64,000 nucleotides of DNA from Eledone cirrhosa (lineage: Eukaryota): NCBI GenBank assembly GCA_964016885.1, contig CAXHJY010000279.1, forward strand, positions 125,510 to 189,509. The letters are read 5' to 3'. Positions 12,001 through 24,000 of this stretch are shown one piece after another. The notes beneath the pieces are model-generated. The model was not told where the DNA came from. It saw only the letters and a list, made by a program, of their open reading frames with translations, and made no database searches. A program made the translations under genes and the position numbers. Numbering within the stretch: the stretch's first letter is position 1; every line of letters begins with the position of its first letter.

Positions 12001-15000
12001 GTGTGAATGAAAGAGTGGTTGTGTGAATGAAAGAGTGGTTGTGTGAATGAAGGAATAGTTGTGTGAATGAAGGAATGGTAGTGTGAATGAAGGAGTGGTT
12101 GTGTGAATGAAGGAGTGGTTGTGTGAATGAAGGAATGGTTGTGTGAATGAAGGAGTGGTTGTGTGAATGAGGGAGTGGTTGTGAGAACGATGAAGTGGTT
12201 GTGTGAACGAAGGAATGGTTGTGAGAACGAAGGAATGGTTGTGAGAACGAAGGAGTGGTTGTGTGAATGAAGGAGTGGTTGTGTGAATGAAGGAGTGGTT
12301 GTATGAATGAAGGAGTGGTTGTGTGAATGAAGGAATGGTTGTGTGAATGAAGGGGTGTTTGTGTGAATGAAAGAATGGTTGTGTGAATGAAAGAGTGGTT
12401 GTCTGAATGAAGGAATGGTTGTGAGAACGAAGGGGTGGTTGTGAGAACGAAGGAGTGGTTGTGTGAATGAAGGAATGGTTGTGTGAACGAAGGAGTGGTT
12501 GTGTGAATGAAGGAATGCTTGTGTGAATGAAAGAGTGGTTGTGTGAATGAAAGAGTGGTTGTATGAATGAAGGAGTGGTTGTGTGAATGAAGGAGTGGTT
12601 GTGTGAATGAAGGAGTCGTTGTGTGAACGAAGGAGTGGTTGTGTGAATGAAGGAATGGTTGTGTGAACGAAGGAGTGATTGTGTGAACGAAGGAGTGGTT
12701 GTGTGAACGAAGGAGTGGTTGTGTGAATGAAGGAGTGGTTGTGTGAATGAAGGAGTGGTTGTGTGAATGAAGGAGTGGTTGTGTGAATGAAGGAGTGGTT
12801 GTGTGAATGAAAGAGTGGTTGTGTGAATGAAAGAGTGGTTGTGTGAATGAAAGAGTGGTTGTGTGAATGAAGGAGTGGTTGTGTGAATGACGGAGTGGTT
12901 GTGTGAATGAAGGAATGGTTGTGTGAATGAAAGAGTGTTTGTGTGAATGAAAGAGTCTTGTGTAAATGGAGGAGTGGTTGTGTGAACGAAGGAGTGGTTG
13001 TGTGAACGAAAGAATGGTTGTGTGAATGAAGGAGTGGTTGTGTGAATGAAGGAGTGGTTGTGTGAATGAAGGAATGGTTGTGTGAATGAAAGAGTGGTTG
13101 TGTGAATGAAAGAGTGGTTGTGTGAATGAAGGAATAGTTGTGTGAATGAAGGAATGGTTGTGTGAATGAAAGAGTGGTTGTGTGAATGAAGGAGTGGTTG
13201 TGTGAATGAAGGAGTGGTTGTGTGAATGAAGGAATGGTTGTGTGATTGAAGGAATGCTAGTGTGAATGAAGGAGTGGTTGTGTGAATGAAGGAGTGGTTG
13301 TGTGAATGAAGGAGAGGTTGTGTGAATGAGGAGTGGTTGTGTGAATGAAGGAGTGGTTGTGAGAACGAAGAAGTGGTTGTGTGAACGAAGGAATGGTTGT
13401 CAGAACGAAGGAATGGTTGTGAGAACGAAGGAGTGGTTGTGTGAATGAAGGAGTGGTTGTGTGAATGAAGGAGTGGTTGTATGAATGAAGGAGTGGTTGT
13501 GTGAATGAAAGAGTCGTGTGAATGAAGGAGTGGTTGTGTGAATGAAGGAATGGTTGTGTGAACGAAGGAGTGGTTGTGTAAACGAAGGAGTGGTTGTGTG
13601 AATGAAGGAGTTTTTGTGTGAATGAAGGAGTGGTTGTGTGAATGAAGGAGTTGTTGTGTGAATGAAGGAGTGGTTGTGTGAAGGAAGGAGTGGTTGTGTG
13701 AATGAAGGAGTGGTTGTGTGAATGAAGGAATGGTTGTGTGAATGAAGGAGTTGTGTGAATGAAGGAGTGGTTGTGTGAATGAAGGAGTGGTTGTGTGAAT
13801 GAAGGAGTGGTTGCGTGAACGAAGGAATGGTTGTGTGAATGAAGGAGTTGTTGTGTGAATGAAGGAATGGTTGTGTGAATGAAAGTGTGGTTGTGTGAAT
13901 GAAAGAGTCGTGTGTGAATGATGGAGTGGTTGTGTGAATGAAGGAGTGGTTGTGTGAACGAAAGAATGGTTGTGTGAATGAAGGAATGGTTGTGTGAATG
14001 AAGGAGTGGTTGTGTGAATGAAGGAATGGTTGTGTGAACGAAGGAATGGTTGTATGAACGAAGGAATGGTTGTATGAATGAAGGAGTGGTTGTGTGAATG
14101 AAGGAATGGTTGTGTGAAGGGTGTGGTTGTGTAAATGAAAGAGTGGTTGTGTGAATGAAGGAGTGGTTGTGAGAACGAAGAAGTGGTTGTGTGAACGAAG
14201 GTATGGTTGTGAGAACGAAGGAATGGTTGTGAGAACGAAGGAGTGGTTGTGTGAATGAAGGAGAGGTTGTGTGAATGAAGGAGTGGTTGTATGAATGAAG
14301 GAGTGGGTGTGTGAATGAAGGAATGATTGTGTGAAGGGTGTGGTTGTGTAAATGAAAGAGTGGTTGTGTGAATGAAGGAGTGGTTGTGTGAATGAAAGAG
14401 TCGTGTGTGAATGAAGGAGTGGTTGTGTGAATGAAGGAATGGTTGTGTGAATGAAAGAGTGGTTGTGTGAATGAAGGAGTGGTTGTGTGAATGAAAGAGT
14501 GGTTGTGTGAATGAAGGAATAGTTGTGTGAATGAAGGAATGGTTGTGTGAATGAAAGAGTGGTTGTGTGAATGAAGGAATGGTTGTGTGAATGAAAGAGT
14601 GGTTGTGTGAATGAAGGAGTGGTTGTGTGAATGAAGGAGTGGTTGTGTGAATGAAGGAATGGTTGTGTGAATGAAGGATTGGTTGTGTGAATGAAGGAGT
14701 GGTTGTGTGAATGAAGGAGTGGTTGTGTGAATGAAGGAGCGGTTGTGTGAATGACGGAGCGGTTGTGTGAACGAAGGAGTGGTTGTGTGAACGAAGGAGT
14801 GGTTGTGTGAATGAAGGAGTGGTTGTGTGAATGAAGGAGTGGTTGTGTGAATGAAGGAGCGGTTGTGTGAACGAAGGAGTGGTTGTGTGAACGAAGGAGT
14901 TTTTGTGTGAATGAAGGAGTGGTTGTGTGAATGAAGGAGTTGTTGTGTGAATGAAGGAGTGGTTGTGTGAAGGAAGGAGTGGTTGTGTGAATGAAGGAGT

Positions 15001-18000
15001 GGTTGTGTGAATGAAGGAATGGTTGTGTGAATGAAGGAGTTGTGTGAATGAAGGAGTGGTTGTGTGAATGAAGGAGTGGTTGTGTGAATGAAGGAGTGGT
15101 TGCGTGAACGAAGGAATGGTTGTGTGAATGAAGGAGTTGTTGTGTGAATGAAGGAATGGTTGTGTGAATGAAAGTGTGGTTGTGTGAATGAAAGAGTCGT
15201 GTGTGAATGATGGAGTGGTTGTGTGAATGAAGGAGTGGTTGTGTGAACGAAAGAATGGTTGTGTGAATGAAGGAATGGTTGTGTGAATGAAGGAGTGGTT
15301 GTGTGAATGAAGGAATGGTTGTGTGAACGAAGGAATGGTTGTATGAATGAAGGAGTGGTTGTGTGAATGAAGGAATGGTTGTGTGAAGGGTGTGGTTGTG
15401 TAAATGAAAGAGTGGTTGTGTGAATGTAGGAGTGGTTGTGTGAATGAAAGAGTCGTGTGTGAATGAAGGAGTGGTTGTGTGAATGAAGGAATGGTTGTGT
15501 GAATGAAAGAGTGGTTGTGTGAATGAAGGGGTGGTTGTGTGAATGAAAGAGTGGTTGTGTGAATGAAGGAGTGGTTGTGTGAATGAAGGAATGGTTGTGT
15601 GAATGAAAGATTGGTTGTGTGAATGAAGGAGTGGTTGTGTGAATGAAGGAGTGGTTGTGTGAATGAAGGAATGGTTGTGTGAATGAAGGAATGGTTGTGT
15701 GAATGAAAGAGTGGTTGTGTGAATGAAGGAATGGTTGTGTGAATGAAAGAATGGTTGTGTCAATGAAGGAGTGGTTGTGTGAATGAAGGAGTGGTTGTGT
15801 GAATGAAGGAGCGGTTGTGTGAATGAAGGAGCGGTTGTGTGAACGAAGGAGTGGTTGTGTGAACGAAGGAATGGTTGTGTGAACGAAAGAATGGTTGTGT
15901 GAATGAAGGAGTGGTTGTGTGAACGAAGGAGTGGTTGTGTGAATGAAGGAGTTGTTGTGTGAATGAAGGAGTGGTTGTGTGAATGAATGAGTGGTTGTGT
16001 GAATGAACGAGTGGTTGTGTGAATGAAGGAGTGGTTGTGTGAATGAAGGAATGGTTGTGTGAACGAAGGAATGGTTGTGAGAATGAAGGAGTGGTTGTAT
16101 GAATGAAAGAGTGGTTGTGTGAATGAAGGAGTGGTTGTGTGAATGAAGGAGTGGCTGTGTGAATGAAAGAATGGTTGTGTGAATGAAGGAGTGGTTGTGT
16201 GAATGAAGGAATGGTTGTGTGAATGAAGCAGTGTTTGTGTGAAGGAAGGAGTGGTTGTGTGAATGAAGGAGTGGTTGTGTGAATGGTGGAATGGTTGTGT
16301 GAATGAAAGAGTGGTTGTGTGAATGAAGGAGTGGTTGTGTGAATGAAGGAGGTGTTGTGTGAATGAAAGAGTGGTTGTGTGAATGAAGGAGTGGTTGTGA
16401 GAATGAAGGAGTGGTTGTGAGAACGAAGGAGTGGTTGTGAGAACGGAGTGGTTGTGTGAACGAAGGAGTGGTTGTGTGAATGAAGGAGTGATTGTGTGAA
16501 TGAAGAAGTGGTTGTGTGAATGAAGGAGTGGTTGTGTGAATGAAGGAGTGGTTGTGTGAAGGAAGGAGTGGTTGTGTGAACGAAGGAATGGTTGTGTGAA
16601 TGAAAGAGTGGTTGTGTGAATGAAAGAGTGGTTGTGTGAATGAAGGAGTGGTTGTGTGAATGAAGGAGTGGTTGTGTGAATGAAAGAGTGGTTGTGTGAA
16701 TAAAAGAGTGGTTGTGTGAATGAAAGAGTGGTTGTGTGAATGAAGGAGTGGTTGTGTGAATGAAGGAGTGGTTGTGTGAATGAAGGAATGGTTGTGTGAA
16801 TGAAGGAGTGGTTGTGTGAATGAAAGTGTGGTTGTGTGAATGAAGGAGTAGTTGTGTGAATGAAGGAATGGTTGTGTGAATGAAAGAGTGGTTGTGTGAA
16901 TGAAAGAGTGGTTGTGTGAATGAAGGAATAGTTGTGTGAATGAAGGAATGGTAGTGTGAATGAAGGAGTGGTTGTGTGAATGAAGGAGTGGTTGTGTGAA
17001 TGAAGGAATGGTTGTGTGAATGAAGGAGTGGTTGTGTGAATGAGGGAGTGGTTGTGAGAACGATGAAGTGGTTGTGTGAACGAAGGAATGGTTGTGAGAA
17101 CGAAGGAATGGTTGTGAGAACGAAGGAGTGGTTGTGTGAATGAAGGAGTGGTTGTGTGAATGAAGGAGTGGTTGTATGAATGAAGGAGTGGTTGTGTGAA
17201 TGAAGGAATGGTTGTGTGAATGAAGGGGTGTTTGTGTGAATGAAAGAATGGTTGTGTGAATGAAAGAGTGGTTGTCTGAATGAAGGAATGGTTGTGAGAA
17301 CGAAGGGGTGGTTGTGAGAACGAAGGAGTGGTTGTGTGAATGAAGGAATGGTTGTGTGAACGAAGGAGTGGTTGTGTGAATGAAGGAATGCTTGTGTGAA
17401 TGAAAGAGTGGTTGTGTGAATGAAAGAGTGGTTGTATGAATGAAGGAGTGGTTGTGTGAATGAAGGAGTGGTTGTGTGAATGAAGGAGTCGTTGTGTGAA
17501 CGAAGGAGTGGTTGTGTGAATGAAGGAATGGTTGTGTGAACGAAGGAGTGATTGTGTGAACGAAGGAGTGGTTGTGTGAACGAAGGAGTGGTTGTGTGAA
17601 TGAAGGAGTGGTTGTGTGAATGAAGGAGTGGTTGTGTGAATGAAGGAGTGGTTGTGTGAATGAAGGAGTGGTTGTGTGAATGAAAGAGTGGTTGTGTGAA
17701 TGAAAGAGTGGTTGTGTGAATGAAAGAGTGGTTGTGTGAATGAAGGAGTGGTTGTGTGAATGACGGAGTGGTTGTGTGAATGAAGGAATGGTTGTGTGAA
17801 TGAAAGAGTGTTTGTGTGAATGAAAGAGTCTTGTGTAAATGGAGGAGTGGTTGTGTGAACGAAGGAGTGGTTGTGTGAACGAAAGAATGGTTGTGTGAAT
17901 GAAGGAGTGGTTGTGTGAATGAAGGAGTGGTTGTGTGAATGAAGGAATGGTTGTGTGAATGAAAGAGTGGTTGTGTGAATGAAAGAGTGGTTGTGTGAAT

Positions 18001-21000
18001 GAAGGAATAGTTGTGTGAATGAAGGAATGGTTGTGTGAATGAAAGAGTGGTTGTGTGAATGAAGGAGTGGTTGTGTGAATGAAGGAGTGGTTGTGTGAAT
18101 GAAGGAATGGTTGTGTGATTGAAGGAATGCTAGTGTGAATGAAGGAGTGGTTGTGTGAATGAAGGAGTGGTTGTGTGAATGAAGGAGAGGTTGTGTGAAT
18201 GAGGAGTGGTTGTGTGAATGAAGGAGTGGTTGTGAGAACGAAGAAGTGGTTGTGTGAACGAAGGAATGGTTGTCAGAACGAAGGAATGGTTGTGAGAACG
18301 AAGGAGTGGTTGTGTGAATGAAGGAGTGGTTGTGTGAATGAAGGAGTGGTTGTATGAATGAAGGAGTGGTTGTGTGAATGAAAGAGTCGTGTGAATGAAG
18401 GAGTGGTTGTGTGAATGAAGGAATGGTTGTGTGAACGAAGGAGTGGTTGTGTAAACGAAGGAGTGGTTGTGTGAATGAAGGAGTTTTTGTGTGAATGAAG
18501 GAGTGGTTGTGTGAATGAAGGAGTTGTTGTGTGAATGAAGGAGTGGTTGTGTGAAGGAAGGAGTGGTTGTGTGAATGAAGGAGTGGTTGTGTGAATGAAG
18601 GAATGGTTGTGTGAATGAAGGAGTTGTGTGAATGAAGGAGTGGTTGTGTGAATGAAGGAGTGGTTGTGTGAATGAAGGAGTGGTTGCGTGAACGAAGGAA
18701 TGGTTGTGTGAATGAAGGAGTTGTTGTGTGAATGAAGGAATGGTTGTGTGAATGAAAGTGTGGTTGTGTGAATGAAAGAGTCGTGTGTGAATGATGGAGT
18801 GGTTGTGTGAATGAAGGAGTGGTTGTGTGAACGAAAGAATGGTTGTGTGAATGAAGGAATGGTTGTGTGAATGAAGGAGTGGTTGTGTGAATGAAGGAAT
18901 GGTTGTGTGAACGAAGGAATGGTTGTATGAACGAAGGAATGGTTGTATGAATGAAGGAGTGGTTGTGTGAATGAAGGAATGGTTGTGTGAAGGGTGTGGT
19001 TGTGTAAATGAAAGAGTGGTTGTGTGAATGAAGGAGTGGTTGTGAGAACGAAGAAGTGGTTGTGTGAACGAAGGTATGGTTGTGAGAACGAAGGAATGGT
19101 TGTGAGAACGAAGGAGTGGTTGTGTGAATGAAGGAGAGGTTGTGTGAATGAAGGAGTGGTTGTATGAATGAAGGAGTGGGTGTGTGAATGAAGGAATGAT
19201 TGTGTGAAGGGTGTGGTTGTGTAAATGAAAGAGTGGTTGTGTGAATGAAGGAGTGGTTGTGTGAATGAAAGAGTCGTGTGTGAATGAAGGAGTGGTTGTG
19301 TGAATGAAGGAATGGTTGTGTGAATGAAAGAGTGGTTGTGTGAATGAAGGAGTGGTTGTGTGAATGAAAGAGTGGTTGTGTGAATGAAGGAATAGTTGTG
19401 TGAATGAAGGAATGGTTGTGTGAATGAAAGAGTGGTTGTGTGAATGAAGGAATGGTTGTGTGAATGAAAGAGTGGTTGTGTGAATGAAGGAGTGGTTGTG
19501 TGAATGAAGGAGTGGTTGTGTGAATGAAGGAATGGTTGTGTGAATGAAGGATTGGTTGTGTGAATGAAGGAGTGGTTGTGTGAATGAAGGAGTGGTTGTG
19601 TGAATGAAGGAGCGGTTGTGTGAATGAAGGAGCGGTTGTGTGAACGAAGGAGTGGTTGTGTGAACGAAGGAGTGGTTGTGTGAATGAAGGAGTGGTTGTG
19701 TGAATGAAGGAGTGGTTGTGTGAATGAAGGAGCGGTTGTGTGAACGAAGGAGTGGTTGTGTGAACGAAGGAGTTTTTGTGTGAATGAAGGAGTGGTTGTG
19801 TGAATGAAGGAGTTGTTGTGTGAATGAAGGAGTGGTTGTGTGAAGGAAGGAGTGGTTGTGTGAATGAAGGAGTGGTTGTGTGAATGAAGGAATGGTTGTG
19901 TGAATGAAGGAGTTGTGTGAATGAAGGAGTGGTTGTGTGAATGAAGGAGTGGTTGTGTGAATGAAGGAGTGGTTGCGTGAACGAAGGAATGGTTGTGTGA
20001 ATGAAGGAGTTGTTGTGTGAATGAAGGAATGGTTGTGTGAATGAAAGTGTGGTTGTGTGAATGAAAGAGTCGTGTGTGAATGATGGAGTGGTTGTGTGAA
20101 TGAAGGAGTGGTTGTGTGAACGAAAGAATGGTTGTGTGAATGAAGGAATGGTTGTGTGAATGAAGGAGTGGTTGTGTGAATGAAGGAATGGTTGTGTGAA
20201 CGAAGGAATGGTTGTATGAATGAAGGAGTGGTTGTGTGAATGAAGGAATGGTTGTGTGAAGGGTGTGGTTGTGTAAATGAAAGAGTGGTTGTGTGAATGA
20301 AGGAGTGGTTGTGAGAACGAAGAAGTGGTTGTGTGAACGAAGGTATGGTTGTGAGAACGAAGGAATGGTTGTGAGAACGAAGGAGTGGTTGTGTGAATGA
20401 AGGAGAGGTTGTGTGAATGAAGGAGTGGTTGTATGAATGAAGGAGTGGTTGTGTGAATGAAGGAATGATTGTGTGAAGGGTGTGGTTGTGTAAATGAAAG
20501 AGTGGTTGTGTGAATGAAGGAGTGGTTGTGTGAATAAAAGAGTCGTGTGTGAATGAAGGAGTGGTTGTGTGAATGAAGGAATGGTTGTGTGAATGAAAGA
20601 GTGTTTGTGTGAATGAAGGAGTGGTTGTGTGAATGAAAGAGTGGTTATGTGAATGAAGGAATAGTTGTGTGAATGAAGGAATGGTTGTGTGAATGAAGGA
20701 ATGGTTGTGTGAATGAAGGAATGGTTGTGTGAATGAAAGAGTGGTTGTGTGAATGAAAGAGTGGTTGTGTGAATGAAGGAGTGGTTGTGTGAATGAAGGA
20801 GTGGTTGTGTGAATGAAGGAGTGGTTGTGTGAATGAAGGAATGGTTGTGTGAATGAAGGAATGGTTGTGTGAATGAAGGAGTGGTTGTGTGAATGAAGGA
20901 GTGGTTGTGTGAATGAAGGAGCGGTTGTGTGAACGAAGGAGCGGTTGTGTGAACGAAGGAGTGGTTGTGTGAACGAAGGAGTGGTTGTGTGAATGAAGGA

Positions 21001-24000
21001 GTGGTTGTGTGAACGAAGGAGTGGTTGTGTGAATGAAGGAGTGGTTGTGTGAATGAAGGAATGGTTGTGTGAATGAAAGAGTCATGTGTGAATGAAGGAG
21101 TGGTTGTGTGAATGAAGGAATGGTTGTGTGAACGAAGGAGTGGTTGTGTGAATGAAGGAGTGGTTGTGTGAATGAAGGAGTGGTTGTGTGAATGAAGGAG
21201 TGGTTATGTGAATGAAGGAGTGGTTGTGTGAATGAAGGAGTGGTTGTGTGAACGAAGGAGTGGTTGTGTGAATGAAGGAGTGGTTGTGTGAAGGAAGGAC
21301 TGGTTGTGTGAATGAAGGAGTGGTTGTGTGAATGAAGGAATGGTTGTGTGAATGAAGGAGTGGTTGTGTGAATGAAGGAGTGGTTGTGTGAATGAAGGGG
21401 TGGTTGTGTGAATGAAGAAGTGTTTGTGTGAATGAAGGAGTGGTTGTGCGAATGAAGGAATGGTTGTGTGAATGAAGGAGTGGTTGTGTGAATGAAGGAG
21501 TGGTTGTGTGAATGAAGGAGTGGTTCTGTGAATGAAGGAGTGGTTGCGTGAACGAAGGAATGGTTGTGTGAATGAAGAAGTGGTTGTGTAAATGAAGGAA
21601 TGGTTGTGTGAATGAAAGAGTGGTTGTGTGAATGAAGGAGTGGTTGTGTGAATGAAGGAGTGGTTGTGTGAATGAAGGAGTGGTTGCGTGAACGAAGGAA
21701 TGGTTGTGTGAATGAAGGAGTTGTTGTGTGAATGAAGGAATGGTTGTGTGAATGAAAGTGTGGTTGTGTGAATGAAAGAGTCGTGTGTGAATGATGGAGT
21801 GGTTGTGTGAATGAAGGAATGGTTGTGTGGACGAAGGAGTGGTTGTGTGAATGAAGGAATGGATGTGTGAATGAAGGAGTGGTTGTATGAATGAAGGAGT
21901 GGCTGTGTGAATGAAGGAATGGTTGTGTGAACGAAGGAATGGTTGTATGAATGAAGGAGTGGTTGTGTGAATGAAGGAATGGTTGTGTGAAGGGTGTGGT
22001 TGTGTAAATGAAAGAGTGGTTGTGTGAATGAAGGAGTGGTTGTGAGAACGAAGAAGTGGTTGTGTGAACGAAGGAATGGTTGTGAGAACGAAGGAATGGT
22101 TGTGAGAACGAAGGAGTGGTTGTGTGAATGAAGGAGAGGTTGTGTGAATGATGGAGTGGTTGTATGAATGAAGGAGTGGTTGTGTGAATGAAGGAATGGT
22201 TGTGTGAAGGGTGTGGTTGTGTAAATGAAAGAGTGGTTGTGTGAATGAAGGAGTGGTTGTGTGAATGAAAGAGTCGTGTGTGAATGAAGGAGTGGTTGTG
22301 TGAATGAAGGAATGCTTGTGTGAATGAAAGAGTGGTTGTGTGAATGAAGGAGTGGTTGTGTGAATGAAAGAGTGGTTGTGTGAATGAAGAAGTGGTTGTG
22401 TGAATGAAGGAATGGTTGTGTGAATGAAAGATTGGTTGTGTGAATGAAGGAGTGGTTGTGTGAATGAAGGAGTGGTTGTGTGAATGAAGGAATGGTTGTG
22501 TGAATGAAGGAATGGTTGTGTGAATGAAAGAGTGGTTGTGTGAATGAAGGAATGGTTGTGTGAATGAAAGAATGGTTGTGTGAATGAAGGAGTGGTTGTG
22601 TGAATGAAGGAGTGGTTGTGTGAATGAAGGAGCGGTTGTGTGAATGAAGGAGCGGTTGTGTGAACGAAGGAGTGGTTGTGTGAACGAAGGAGTGGTTGTG
22701 TGAATGAAGGAGTTGTTGTGTGAATGAAGGAGTGGTTGTGTGAACGAAGGAGTGGTTGTGTGAATGAAGGAGTTGTTGTGTGAAGGAAGGAGTGGTTGTG
22801 TGAATGAAGGAATGGTTGTGTGAATGAAGGAGTTGTGTGAATGAAGGAGTGGTTGTGTGAATGAAGGAGTGGTTGTGTGAATGAAGGAGTGGTTGTGTGA
22901 ATGAAGGAGTGGTTGTGTGAACGAAGGAGTGGTTGTGTGAATGAAGAAGTGGTTGTGTGAATGAAGGAGTGGTTGTGCGAATGAAGGAATGGTTGTGTGA
23001 ATGAAGGAGTGGTTGTGTGAATGAAGGATTGGTTGTGTGAATGAAGGAGTGGTTGCGTGAACGAAGGAATGGTTGTGTGAATGAAGGAGTGGTTGTGTGA
23101 ATGAAGGAATGGTTGTGTGAATGAAAGAGTCGTGTGTGAATGAAGGAATGGTTCTGTGAACGAAGGAATGGTTGTGTGAACGAAAGAATGGTTGTGTGAA
23201 TGAAGGAGTGGTTGTGTGAACGAAGGAGTGGTTGTGTGAATGAAGGAGTGGTTGTGTGAATGAAGGAGTGGTTGTGAGAACGAAGAAGTGGTTGTGTGAA
23301 CGAAGGAATGGTTGTCAGAACGAAGGAATGGTTGTGTGAATGAAGGAGTGGTTGTGTGAATGAAGGAATGGTTGTGTGAACGAAGGAATGGTTGTATGAA
23401 CGAAGGAATGGTTGTATGAATGAAGGAGTGGTTGTGTGAATGAAGGAATGGTTGTGTGAAGGGTGTGGTTGTGTAAATGAAAGAGTGGTTGTGTGAATGA
23501 AGGAGTGGTTGTGAGAACGAAGAAGTGGTTGTGTGAACGAAGGTATGGTTGTGAGAACGAAGGAATGGTTGTGAGAACGAAGGAGTGGTTGTGTGAATGA
23601 AGGAGAGGTTGTGTGAATGATGGAGTGGTTGTATGAATGAAGGAGTGGTTGTGTGAATGAAGGAATGGTTGTGTGAAGGGTGTGGTTGTGTAAATGAAAG
23701 AGTGGTTGTGTGAATGAAGGAGTGGTTGTGTGAATGAAAGAGTCGTGTGTGAATGAAGGAGTGGTTGTGTGAATGAAGGAATGCTTGTGTGAATGAAAGA
23801 GTGGTTGTGTGAATGAAGGAGTGGTTGTGTGAATGAAAGAGTGGTTGTGTGAATGAAGGAGTGGTTGTGTGAATGAAGGAATGGTTGTGTGAATGAAAGA
23901 TTGGTTGTGTGAATGAAGGAGTGGTTGTGTGAATGAAGGAGTGGTTGTGTGAATGAAGGAATGGTTGTGTGAATGAAGGAATGGTTGTGTGAATGAAAGA

